This document shows, in pieces, positions 9,344-18,895 of a stretch of 56,778 nt of DNA; the stretch's first letter is position 1; each line of letters begins with the position of its first letter. The notes under the pieces were generated by a model. The model saw only the letters and a list, made by a program, of their open reading frames with translations, ran no database searches and was not told where the DNA came from. A program made the position numbers and the translations under genes. The stretch comes from an archaeon (GTDB lineage: Archaea > Nanobdellota > Nanobdellia > SCGC-AAA011-G17 > GW2011-AR20). The stretch lies in contig JAZDEO010000005.1 in assembly GCA_043808705.1 (NCBI GenBank), positions 1 through 56,778 of the forward strand, given 5' to 3'.

Positions 9344-9402
9344 TCATTTATAAAGATGGGAGGGCGGAGTTGTCCGTTGGACCCATATACCCTAAAATAT
9401 AT
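9344..9402. repeat. Conserved 59-bp non-coding element, copy 2
   Basis: tcatttataaagatgggagggcggagttgtccgttggacccatataccctaaaatatat; lies between the tldD stop (9418) and the LAGLIDADG start (9316). Confidence 0.9.
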
Positions 9403-9417
9403 ATTAAAGAAATCTAA

Positions 9418-10815
9418 TTAATTTATCTGAATACTCTTTAATCTGATAACAGGACCGCCCATCCATACAGCGACGGGTTGCATTTTTTCTCCCTTACCAC
9501 ATGAACCAGCAAAATGCTCTACTTTATTTCCAATCATATCAATTGATTTCCAAAAAGCGGGTGTTGTTATCTCTAGAGCCGGAGCAATTAATGGCTTTGT
9601 TATTTGACCATTTTCAACCAAATAAGCCTCACACCCAACATATTTTTGTTGATATCTTTTATCATCAATATTCCATTCTGTAAAATTTTTTAGGAAAACA
9701 CCTTTTTTAGTTTCTTTAATTATCTCTTCCTCAGAAGAATCTCCAGCAAGCATAAATGTATTACTCATTCTTACTAGATTTTCTACATCATAACCACTAG
9801 CTCTAGCACACCCATTACTTTCTAAGTTCATTTGTTTTGCTGTCTCTCGATTATGCATAAATTCAGTTATCATTCCATCTTTAATCATAAACTTTCTTCT
9901 TGCTTTAATTCCTTCATCATCATACAAAAAGAAGCCATAACTATTTTCTAATGTAGGATCATCAACAACAGTAACATTTTTAGCTCCTATCTGTGTTCCA
10001 ATCATCTTTTCAGTAATAAAAGATTCACCTGCTTGAGCAGCTTCTCTTCCAAATATTCTATCAGCTTCATATGGATGCCCAGCAGATTCATGCACAGCTA
10101 TTCCAGTAACTTCTTGACCACAAATAACATCATACTTTCCAGGCTTAACCTTAATTCCACTTTTAATATTTTCTTTTAAAGCCAAATATTCTCTCTTAAG
10201 TTTTTCATTTAAGTTCCAATTCTTCAAGCATTCATATCCTGATGAAGAACCATATGGGATGTATCTTTGTCTTGTTTTATTGTCATGCATTATAGTTAAA
10301 TAAGCATAGAAATGAATTCTAGGTATCTTAGATGTTATTCTAGAACCATCTGTATTTATATAATATTTTTCAGTTATATTATCAGATAAATAAAAAAATC
10401 TTGTATGAACATCTTTTATATCTTTATCAAGCTCCATTAAAAATCCAATCTTTTTATCTGCTGTCAAATCCTGTGTTTTTTCTTTTTCCTTAACCTCATA
10501 ATCTTTTTTAAAAGAAGGATCTTTTGATAAATACACCTTGTCTCCTATCTTTACACCATTCTTAGTTATTCGAACAGATTTTTCAATAATTCTCTTAATT
10601 GTTTCTTTATCAAGTTCATTTATTGAAACAAATCCTAGATTATTATTAATCAGATATCTTATGCCTAATCCAATACTCTTGTCAAAACCAGCAACATCTA
10701 AATTTCCATTTTTAATAAGAAATCCATTTCCATAAGTTGTTTCTAATTTTACTTCAGCATAATCTACTTTAAATTCCTCTAATTTCTTTAATGCAAAATC
10801 AGCTATATCTTTCAT
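9418..10815 (-). CDS. tldD: TldD family metalloprotease
   Basis: HESAGHPYEADR (HExxxH), YDDEG, RMSN, C-terminal CGKG. Confidence 0.92.
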   Translation of the reverse strand: MKDIADFALKKLEEFKVDYAEVKLETTYGNGFLIKNGNLDVAGFDKSIGLGIRYLINNNLGFVSINELDKETIKRIIEKSVRITKNGVKIGDKVYLSKDPSFKKDYEVKEKEKTQDLTADKKIGFLMELDKDIKDVHTRFFYLSDNITEKYYINTDGSRITSKIPRIHFYAYLTIMHDNKTRQRYIPYGSSSGYECLKNWNLNEKLKREYLALKENIKSGIKVKPGKYDVICGQEVTGIAVHESAGHPYEADRIFGREAAQAGESFITEKMIGTQIGAKNVTVVDDPTLENSYGFFLYDDEGIKARRKFMIKDGMITEFMHNRETAKQMNLESNGCARASGYDVENLVRMSNTFMLAGDSSEEEIIKETKKGVFLKNFTEWNIDDKRYQQKYVGCEAYLVENGQITKPLIAPALEITTPAFWKSIDMIGNKVEHFAGSCGKGEKMQPVAVWMGGPVIRLKSIQIN

Positions 10816-10887
10816 AAAAATAGTAATAAAAGTAGTATTTAAATAGATTATGGAAGTTAAAAAAATAAAAAATAATGTGTTCTTAAA

Positions 10888-12051
10888 TCAAAAATGTGCA
10901 AAACACCTCTCCCTTGTATATACCATTGCCATATTATTTTTATTAATAGCTTCTATAATTTCATAATCCCTCAAAGACCCTCCAGGTTGAATAACAGCAG
11001 TTACACCAACTCTCGCAATAGTATCTATAGAATCCCTAAAAGGAAAAAACGCATCTGATGACATAACTGCATTATCTAATGGACTTATTCCTAGATTATC
11101 TCTTAAATTAGCACCATCAAGACTATCATATTTTATACCCTCTCTATCCATAGCCTTTTGATATGCCTTTATAATAGCCTGTTCAACAGCACCAACTCTT
11201 TCTTGTTGGCCAGATCCAATTGCAACACTAACCCCATCTTTAACAAAAACAATCCCATTGCTTCTTACACCTATATTAACATACCAACTAGTTAACAAAT
11301 CTTCTAATTCCTTTTCTGTAGGATCTCTTTCAACAACATATCTTTGATTATCTTTTATAACCATAGGATCCAATATTAAATCACTTTTACTTTTGATACT
11401 GCTCAAATAAGGTTTTTGAACAATTACTCTCCCAGTAGGTAATGCTTTTAAGTCATACAAACCCAAAGTATCATCTCCAATAAACTTAGGCAATTTATCA
11501 ATATTTGAATACAAAATTGCTCTTATGTCTTTTTTTTCTTCTAAAATTTTTAAAGCACCCTCTTCATACTCAATTGCAGCAACGCCCTCCACATAGGTAC
11601 TTGTTATAGCCTCAGCTGTTGCTTTATCTAAAGGCATGTTTAAGACAACAACAGAACCAAATGCGCTTCTCGCATCAGCATCTCTTGCCTTTACATAAAT
11701 ATCATCTAAACTATTTCCATTAAATTGTGTTGCAAATCCTGAAGGAATCAAATGCTTCATAACAGCTACAGAAGGCTTATTAAAAAATTTTAATACATCC
11801 AAGGCTCTTGTTACATCCATAAAGTTTGTAGCAGATAATCCACCCTTGCCTGTTTTTGCTAGTCTTATATTTGTAATTTCAGCTAATTTAATATCCTTAA
11901 ATCTATATGCAGCTGCAGGCTGATTTGGATTTTCACCATATCTCAAATCAGATTCTTTTTCTAACCTTATTGATAATTCATCAGGAAACTCATTCTCAAC
12001 AGCAGTTCTGTAAGTCTTTTTCATATCAGTAACATCAGTTCCTCTCGACAT
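10888..12051 (-). CDS. purH: AICAR formyltransferase (PurH C-terminal domain only)
   Basis: LRYGENPNQ, MKH, SAFG, RSN, SDAFFPFRD, IQPGGS; lacks the N-terminal IMP cyclohydrolase domain. Start moved to ATG at 12051, which follows a GGGGGAGGT SD. Confidence 0.88.
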   Translation of the reverse strand: MSRGTDVTDMKKTYRTAVENEFPDELSIRLEKESDLRYGENPNQPAAAYRFKDIKLAEITNIRLAKTGKGGLSATNFMDVTRALDVLKFFNKPSVAVMKHLIPSGFATQFNGNSLDDIYVKARDADARSAFGSVVVLNMPLDKATAEAITSTYVEGVAAIEYEEGALKILEEKKDIRAILYSNIDKLPKFIGDDTLGLYDLKALPTGRVIVQKPYLSSIKSKSDLILDPMVIKDNQRYVVERDPTEKELEDLLTSWYVNIGVRSNGIVFVKDGVSVAIGSGQQERVGAVEQAIIKAYQKAMDREGIKYDSLDGANLRDNLGISPLDNAVMSSDAFFPFRDSIDTIARVGVTAVIQPGGSLRDYEIIEAINKNNMAMVYTRERCFAHF

Positions 12052-12052
12052 T

Positions 12053-12835
12053 TTAAACCTCCCCCATATTTTTTTCATCCACTGTTGTAAGGTCACATCT
12101 ATTTTGTATTTTCATATCAAGTTCCATATCTTCTTTTTCATTTCCTAAATTATAATAAACAGCGCCAACACAAACCCTAAAATCATCTTTATCTTTTTTA
12201 GGTTCTAAAGATTCATAGACTGCTATAATAGCATCTAATGGATTATCCCATTCTATACCCACATCTAATGGTTCTCCAATAAAAGAAGACAGAGGATCTT
12301 TATTAACTCCTGTATAAGTTGATATCATTTTACCTCTGCCATTTATTAGAGGAACCTCAAAATAATTTCTAAAGGAAGAACCATCCTCAGCTCTTTTAAT
12401 AATACTCAAAGCAGCACTATCTATATTCATACATCCGCTTATCCTTGGTGTATAACTTGGATCTGGTTCATAATCAAATCCTAAAAGAGCTTTTACTAAT
12501 GTATTTATAGCAGATCTGTTATGGGAGCAATAATCTAAAATCCTATCTGTCTGCTTTCCATTGCTTATGCAAATAAATCTCTTTTGAACCATTATTGCAT
12601 TGTATAATAACAAATCAGGATTTCCCTTTTTTAATATATCTTCATCAGTAGGTTCTAAATTAATATATCCAGAATCATATGATGTTTGATTCAAAACAAG
12701 TTTTCTCGCTTGACTAGATAAACTTCTACCAGTTATTACATATATAGCAACATTCTCACTCTTGTGACTTTTTCCCAATATAATAAATCTTCCAGGATAC
12801 TCCATATCAGTTAATACCTCTAAACCTTTAACCAT
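12053..12835 (-). CDS. purO: Stand-alone IMP cyclohydrolase (PurO-like, Ntn fold)
   Basis: YPGRFIILG, YVITGRSLSSQAR, LLLYN, SNGKQTD, YEPD-x3-TPRISG. Confidence 0.82.
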   Translation of the reverse strand: MVKGLEVLTDMEYPGRFIILGKSHKSENVAIYVITGRSLSSQARKLVLNQTSYDSGYINLEPTDEDILKKGNPDLLLYNAIMVQKRFICISNGKQTDRILDYCSHNRSAINTLVKALLGFDYEPDPSYTPRISGCMNIDSAALSIIKRAEDGSSFRNYFEVPLINGRGKMISTYTGVNKDPLSSFIGEPLDVGIEWDNPLDAIIAVYESLEPKKDKDDFRVCVGAVYYNLGNEKEDMELDMKIQNRCDLTTVDEKNMGEV

Positions 12836-14301
12836 TTTAAACCCCCAATATCTTCAAGTGTTTTTTTATTATGATATTTCTCATAAACCCTTCTAACAAT
12901 CTCTTTGCTTTCTCCTATATAATCAAAAGGATCAGCCAATCTCCTTAATGTATCTTGATCAACTAAACCATTTACTCTTTCATTACCTAATAAAACATCA
13001 ATAAAAGGAATTTTATTATCCCACGCATATTTTGCTAGTTTTCCTAATAAATCATGAGCCTCGCTCCTTATCATGGGATCTTTAACCTTTCTATGATCTG
13101 TAACATAAGTTAATACCTTTTCTGATGTTACCACACCATAACTTCTTTCTACTCTTTCCTTACATCTCTCTTCTCTTAAACCAAGCCAATATACTATATT
13201 AGAAAGATTTCTTACACTATGATCAAAGAATTTAAAACCATCCTCTAAGTTTATTCTGCTATTGGCTGATGCAGCTAAATTTCTTGCATAAGGAAACTCA
13301 CAATTAGCTAAAGAAGTCATCATATTTCCCTGAAAATAATTTCTTAAGGACATAACTTGTTCTTCATCTATAGGATTGCCATTTTTTGCATCTTTATGAG
13401 GCATACCAGAAGATCCTTTTCTCTTTTTTGGATTATTGTTAATAAATATATTAACATCATCGCTTCTCCCCCAAGCTATATAATTGGCTATATTATTTAT
13501 TGTTTCACTTAATCTCACCACAACATATGTAACATCTGCATCAAACTCTAAACCAGGAACCTGTGCAGCAGCATCCATAAAACCTAAACCCAAATCATTA
13601 CAATATTCTTTTTGTAAACAAATTCCATCAATACCTAATTCTTTAGCAGAATGATGATTTCCAGTTACATCCCCCCATTTTCCAATCATAGAATTTTCAT
13701 ATACAAATTTTAAAAGTTTTAATCCACTTTGTAACATTTCTGCATAATGAGAAAAAGCTCTACCCGCAACACTTGGAACAGCGTCATAACCATGTGTATT
13801 ATCCATATGAACAACATCTATCCATTCTATTGATTTCTCTAATAAGATGTCTCTTAAATTTTCAACAGTGTCTGTAATAACCTCTAGAGATTTTTTTATT
13901 TGCAATGATTTAGCAGATTGAGTTGTGTCTGCACTTGTTCTTGCTTGATTAATATGTGGACGAGCCTTTTCACTTACTGCTTCCTCTAAAGAAAGGTTTA
14001 TAGCAATTACATCATGACCCTTTAGATCTTCTAATTCTCTTATTCTATTTGGATCTATATGATCTAAAGAAGCTCTTTCACTTATTTCTGAAGCTAAATC
14101 TGCAGAGATTATGTCTGGATGTAATCTTGATAATGTTAATGCTGATTGACCCTGCACCTTTAAGCTAAATTCAAAAGTTTGCTCAGGACCCCATACCTCT
14201 ACCATATCTAAAGTACCATATCTTCCTGCAGCAAGTTTTGTAGGATCTATAGAATACTCATCAGGAAACCTTTGTTTTGGTTTTGTTTTTTCTAAATTCA
14301 T
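12820..14301 (-). CDS. purB: Adenylosuccinate lyase
   Basis: GHDV, TSAD, THG, GSSGMPHK signature; probable start ATG 14301 after a GGTGA SD. Confidence 0.85.
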   Translation of the reverse strand: MNLEKTKPKQRFPDEYSIDPTKLAAGRYGTLDMVEVWGPEQTFEFSLKVQGQSALTLSRLHPDIISADLASEISERASLDHIDPNRIRELEDLKGHDVIAINLSLEEAVSEKARPHINQARTSADTTQSAKSLQIKKSLEVITDTVENLRDILLEKSIEWIDVVHMDNTHGYDAVPSVAGRAFSHYAEMLQSGLKLLKFVYENSMIGKWGDVTGNHHSAKELGIDGICLQKEYCNDLGLGFMDAAAQVPGLEFDADVTYVVVRLSETINNIANYIAWGRSDDVNIFINNNPKKRKGSSGMPHKDAKNGNPIDEEQVMSLRNYFQGNMMTSLANCEFPYARNLAASANSRINLEDGFKFFDHSVRNLSNIVYWLGLREERCKERVERSYGVVTSEKVLTYVTDHRKVKDPMIRSEAHDLLGKLAKYAWDNKIPFIDVLLGNERVNGLVDQDTLRRLADPFDYIGESKEIVRRVYEKYHNKKTLEDIGGLKWLKV

Positions 14302-14320
14302 TTTCTCACCATCCATATAA

Positions 14321-15382
14321 TTATCTTAAATATCCTCCAGATGATAAAGCATCCAATATCATCTGCTTTTTAGGCTCTTCTGTAATTACAGGTAATGTTT
14401 CAGTTATTTCTTCTCTTATGTCACAATATTTTATTACCCCTTCTCTTAAAACATTATCAGGCATCCAGTATTCAGCTAAAGCCTCTTTATCTTTATGAAG
14501 GCCTAAACTTTCAATATGGTCTCTAAAATGCTGTTTATCCTTTTGCACAATTGTAAATTCTTTTCTTTCTGGATTAAATACATATTCAGAAGCATCCCAT
14601 ATTCTAGAAGAATCAGGAGTAACACATTCATCAATTAATATTATTTTTCCATCAGGCAAATACCCAAACTCCCATTTTGTATCTGCAAGCAAATACCCCT
14701 TCTTTCTAAGATCAGAACTTATATGTTTATATAATCTAAAAGCAGCATCTATTACAAAATCAAGATCACACTCTCTCCTTAAACCAAATTTTTTATAATT
14801 TTTTAATATAATCTCTTTATCAATCTTAGGATCATCTTCACTTGGATCTAGACCTTCAAATTCAGGAATATCAAAATCTCCAGCCTTTCCTTTTGCTGTC
14901 GGAGTAAATACAACTTGCTCTAATTTTTCATTTTTTCTATAACCTGGTCTTAAAAAAGCCCCACAAAAATTCATCCCCCTTTCAGGTCCGTTTTGCTTGA
15001 CATATTCATTCCATCCAGATCCAGTTAAATAATTTCTAAAAACCATTTCAACAAGAATAGGGTCAGCTCTCTGAACTAACCAAGTATTTGGTGCTACTGT
15101 TTCAACATAATGATTAGGTATTATTCTTCTTGTTAAATCAAAATAAAATGCAGAAATTGCATCAAGATTTTCACCTTTACCATAAACCTGTCTTCTATGA
15201 ACAACATCATGAGTAGAAAGATCATCACTTGACATTATTAATAAAAAACCATTTCCAATATCATAAACAACTCTTACTTTTCCCAACTTAGGATTTTTTA
15301 TACATTCAATCTCAGGATAAATCTCTTTAACAAGAGTGTTTCCTAAAATCTCTTTTGTGATTAATCTTTCATCTATTGGCAT
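14321..15382 (-). CDS. purC: SAICAR synthetase
   Basis: GKVRVVY, RNYLTGSGW, FTPTAK, LADTKWEFG, DECVTPDSSR, DKQHFR; probable start MPIDER just after the purA stop. Confidence 0.9.
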   Translation of the reverse strand: MPIDERLITKEILGNTLVKEIYPEIECIKNPKLGKVRVVYDIGNGFLLIMSSDDLSTHDVVHRRQVYGKGENLDAISAFYFDLTRRIIPNHYVETVAPNTWLVQRADPILVEMVFRNYLTGSGWNEYVKQNGPERGMNFCGAFLRPGYRKNEKLEQVVFTPTAKGKAGDFDIPEFEGLDPSEDDPKIDKEIILKNYKKFGLRRECDLDFVIDAAFRLYKHISSDLRKKGYLLADTKWEFGYLPDGKIILIDECVTPDSSRIWDASEYVFNPERKEFTIVQKDKQHFRDHIESLGLHKDKEALAEYWMPDNVLREGVIKYCDIREEITETLPVITEEPKKQMILDALSSGGYLR

Positions 15383-15383
15383 T

Positions 15384-16760
15384 TTATTTCCTTGATACAA
15401 TCTCACCTTTTGGGCTTATACCTACACCAGTAATAGGGCATCCCATATATCTATCATGATCTGCAATATATCTTATTAAATCATTAGGAAGTCCCTTAAT
15501 ACCTGTTTCAACATAATGAGCTCTTGCATCTTCTATCTTTTGGTTTAGATGTAATGGATTACCTTCAACTTCTGTCCCCCAAAGATCCCACCAGTAATTT
15601 GATGTATAAATAGGCACCACAGAACTTAAATCAAGAGGAACTTCTCTTAAAGTTCTTCCATCAAATCTATAATCTGTGCAAACCTTTAAATTTAAACCCT
15701 GAACAACATCAGCCCTTGTTACAATAATTTCATTACAGGTATTAAGCAAAACAGACCTTTTTACAATAAGCCAATCAGGATATCCTACTCTCCTTTTTCT
15801 GCCAGTAGTTGCACCAATCTCATCACCTATTTTAGCAACAATTTCTCCAAACTCATCCTTTGCTTCAGTAGGCATAATCCCTTCTCCAACCCTTGTAGGA
15901 TATATTTTTTCTACCCCAATAACCTTAACCATAGTTCTTGGTAGACCTAGACTACTAAAGGCATTTGGAGCAAGAAGATGGGAAGAAGTAATATCAGGAA
16001 TAGTGCCCATATTTACATCTAACATAGTACCTTGAGCACCCTCTATAATTATATGATTTCCTTGATTTAAGTAATCCTCAAATAATCTATATTCTAATCT
16101 TTCTGAAAATTGAGTTAGTTCTTTTCTTATTGGATCATGTACACTTATTAATTCTTGGCAAAGATTATCTAAAGTTCTATCCTCTAAAACACAAGTAAGT
16201 AATTCATCTAATTTTAATTTTAAGACAGCCATTAGTCTATCATGAAATCTATCTGAAATATAATCCCTAAAAGTAATCCTTGTTTGTCTTCTAGCATTAT
16301 CCTCATAAAAAGCCCCTATACCATTTCTTGTTGTTCCAATCTTTCTTTCAGAATTATCTTCTCTCCACCCATCAATCTTTCTATGATAATCAAATAAAAT
16401 ACCAACTCTTTCAGAAATCATAATTCTTCCATTATACCCAAATAATTCTCTACCTTGATCTATTTCACGTTTAAATTTTTCAGGATCAAAAGCAACATCG
16501 GGTCCAATCGCAATATCTGTATTCCCAACAATACCGCTTGGAGCAGCGTGTGTTACAAATTTAGCTAATTCTCCCTTTAAATTAGTACCATAAATAGTAT
16601 GTCCAGCATTAGGCCCACCTTGGAATCTTACAACAACAATTCTTTTTTCAGGATTAATAAGTTTAGCACGTTCAATACTATTATCAACTAAACGGCCTTT
16701 ACCTTCATCACCCCATTGAAGTCCAACATAACATTCTAAAACCTGTTTTGTATTATTCAT
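15384..16760 (-). CDS. purA: Adenylosuccinate synthetase
   Basis: GLQWGDEGKG, QGGPNAGHT, IGTT, EGAQG, ATTGRKRRVG. Confidence 0.95.
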   Translation of the reverse strand: MNNTKQVLECYVGLQWGDEGKGRLVDNSIERAKLINPEKRIVVVRFQGGPNAGHTIYGTNLKGELAKFVTHAAPSGIVGNTDIAIGPDVAFDPEKFKREIDQGRELFGYNGRIMISERVGILFDYHRKIDGWREDNSERKIGTTRNGIGAFYEDNARRQTRITFRDYISDRFHDRLMAVLKLKLDELLTCVLEDRTLDNLCQELISVHDPIRKELTQFSERLEYRLFEDYLNQGNHIIIEGAQGTMLDVNMGTIPDITSSHLLAPNAFSSLGLPRTMVKVIGVEKIYPTRVGEGIMPTEAKDEFGEIVAKIGDEIGATTGRKRRVGYPDWLIVKRSVLLNTCNEIIVTRADVVQGLNLKVCTDYRFDGRTLREVPLDLSSVVPIYTSNYWWDLWGTEVEGNPLHLNQKIEDARAHYVETGIKGLPNDLIRYIADHDRYMGCPITGVGISPKGEIVSRK

Positions 16761-16784
16761 TATCTTACCTTTTAAATTTTTAAT

Positions 16785-18236
16785 TTATTTTTTTACACTT
16801 ATATCATGAACATCGCTTACAATTCTGCTGGATTCTATTGATAATAATTCCAGTACAGAATTTTTTCTAAATTCATCTAAGTTCATAGATCCAGCATTAC
16901 TTAAAGCAGATTTTATCTTTTTTATATCCTTATTCAAATTAGGTTTTAATCTTCCTGCATAGGGTATTGTTCCCTCCTCTCCTTCAGGAAAAAATGTTGT
17001 TTTACTAAAATGTCCATATCTGTCTAAATTCTGAGCTCTTAAAGAACCCTCTCCCCATGTTTCAACATATCTCATTCTATTTTCATCTCTCGTTAAAGTT
17101 TTATTTTCATCAAGTTTATCTGCAGCAGCTTCATAAAATCTATTAAAGTAATAACCCATCATCATGCCATCAGCTATTGTTAAAGTTACTATCATATCAG
17201 CTGCATTTACTATACCACCATCAATAATTATAGGAACATATCTTCTCTTTTCTTTAAAGTATTGAGATCTCGCCTTATCAGCACTAATTAAAGCACTCAT
17301 AGGGGCTCTTCCAACAGCCTTTTCTCTTTGTGTAGAGCATATAGAACCAGGAGACATCCCAACTTTTACAATATCTGCACCGCATCTCATTAAAAATAAA
17401 GCCCCGTCATAAGTTATTACATTACCAACACACAAAGGTACTTTTATCTTCATACCTTTCTTATATTCTATAATGAGGTCTTTAACAAATTCACTATAAG
17501 CATCAGATGTATCAACAACTATTAAATCAACGCCAGCATCAACAATTGCTCTTACTCTCTTCTGCCATCCTTCATGGGTTGATATAGCAGCACCAATCTT
17601 TATCTCTTCTATGTCTTTTCTAAAAGCTAATTTAACCAATCTATTTTGAGCATCAAGAACCACAAGATAATTTTTGTTCTTATCTCTCAGCATTTTTTTT
17701 GCTTCACTTACATATATTTTTGGATCATTACAACATAATATCTCATCTGATCCAAAACCAATCATAGCAGATTTAACATTATCTGCTTTACTAACATTCT
17801 TTTCAAAATAGTGTTGCTCTGTAAACATACCCAAAAAAACATTATTCTTATCTACAATAGGGATAGTAGAATGTCCAACCCTTTCTATTTCTTTCAAAAC
17901 CTCTTCTACTGTAACATCCTCTCTTTTAGTTACAGGATCCTCAACAAAACTCATTTCATAACTCTTTATTTTTTTTATTATTCCTACCTGATCTTCTAAA
18001 GGTAATCTTACAGGTAATACACCTAAACCTCCTTCCTTTCCTAAAGCCAGTGCCATATCAAAACCAGTAACAGAAGACATAGCAGCACTTAATAAAGGTA
18101 TTTTAAGTTTAAGATTAAGATGAAGGATTGCTCTAAGGCTTATATTTTTTATAATACAATCTTTACTAGAGTAATTAGTAAGAAGACTAAACTCATGGAA
18201 GGTTCTTCCAGGTTCCGTTATTATTTTTTTAACCAA
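16785..18236 (-). CDS. guaB: IMP dehydrogenase with CBS pair
   Basis: PLLSAAM, GNV, KVGMSPGSICST (catalytic Cys), DGGI, PEGEEG; TTG start after GGTGA. Confidence 0.9.
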   Translation of the reverse strand: MVKKIITEPGRTFHEFSLLTNYSSKDCIIKNISLRAILHLNLKLKIPLLSAAMSSVTGFDMALALGKEGGLGVLPVRLPLEDQVGIIKKIKSYEMSFVEDPVTKREDVTVEEVLKEIERVGHSTIPIVDKNNVFLGMFTEQHYFEKNVSKADNVKSAMIGFGSDEILCCNDPKIYVSEAKKMLRDKNKNYLVVLDAQNRLVKLAFRKDIEEIKIGAAISTHEGWQKRVRAIVDAGVDLIVVDTSDAYSEFVKDLIIEYKKGMKIKVPLCVGNVITYDGALFLMRCGADIVKVGMSPGSICSTQREKAVGRAPMSALISADKARSQYFKEKRRYVPIIIDGGIVNAADMIVTLTIADGMMMGYYFNRFYEAAADKLDENKTLTRDENRMRYVETWGEGSLRAQNLDRYGHFSKTTFFPEGEEGTIPYAGRLKPNLNKDIKKIKSALSNAGSMNLDEFRKNSVLELLSIESSRIVSDVHDISVKK

Positions 18237-18394
18237 AATATCACCAAATAAGAGAAAAACCAGTTTCTATATATACCTTTCTATTTGTTATCATTTTATA
18301 ATGATTTCAAAAATTGGAAAACATTTTAAAATTATATATTACTAATAAGTAGTCACAAATAGAAAGATTTATAAACCAAAATTTCATTAAAATA

Positions 18395-18895
18395 TTGATT
18401 AAAATGAATATAGAACAATATCTAACAGGAATAGAATCTTGTAAGGATACACAAACACTTACAGATAAATATGGCATTTATTTTGATAATATGTTCTTTT
18501 TCATTAGATCAGAAGATCCAAAAGCTACTTTTGAAAAAATAAGATCAGACATTGGAACTCATAAATGTTTAGAAAATTATTTTCTTGATGAAAGAGATCT
18601 GATGTATGGTCGTGTATCTTTTGTGAGAAGAGATACACCATGTAGTGAAGGAGTAATAAGTCCAAATCCCCATAGTGCATATAAAAAAGCATTAGATTTA
18701 GACCACCAACTTTTGGTTATGTTTGGTAAATCATTAAATAAGGATTTTACAGAGGATGACTCTGTTTTAGCTATAAAAGACATGATAGGAGATTTTTCAA
18801 GATACTTTATTGAAGAAGGAATAAAATCAATACTATTAACCAATCATAGTGAAGATGCAGACATAAAACAAGGAATATTTATCAATACATCTTAA
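18395..18895 (+). CDS. Hypothetical protein divergent from the purine operon (likely start ATG 18404)
   Basis: 166-aa ORF with BRE/TATA (gaaagatttataaa, 18362-18375) upstream; no recognisable motif. Confidence 0.65.
   Translation: MIKMNIEQYLTGIESCKDTQTLTDKYGIYFDNMFFFIRSEDPKATFEKIRSDIGTHKCLENYFLDERDLMYGRVSFVRRDTPCSEGVISPNPHSAYKKALDLDHQLLVMFGKSLNKDFTEDDSVLAIKDMIGDFSRYFIEEGIKSILLTNHSEDADIKQGIFINTS

Noticed and set aside
26-9402. The two 59-bp copies as CRISPR repeats, or as direct repeats bounding one 9.3-kb integrated element
   Set aside because: Only two copies, far apart, with no cas or integrase gene, and the enclosed DNA includes housekeeping ABCE1, dcd and tldE.
12052-12096. ORF-track N-terminal extension of purH (similarly purC 15383-15406 and purB 14302-14316)
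   Set aside because: The purH and purC extensions overlap upstream genes. The downstream ATGs follow SD motifs (purH, purB) or sit directly after the upstream stop (purC).
18237-18394. Purine or ZTP riboswitch upstream of guaB
   Set aside because: The region is very AT-rich with no recognisable aptamer stems; it contains only TATA/BRE-like motifs.
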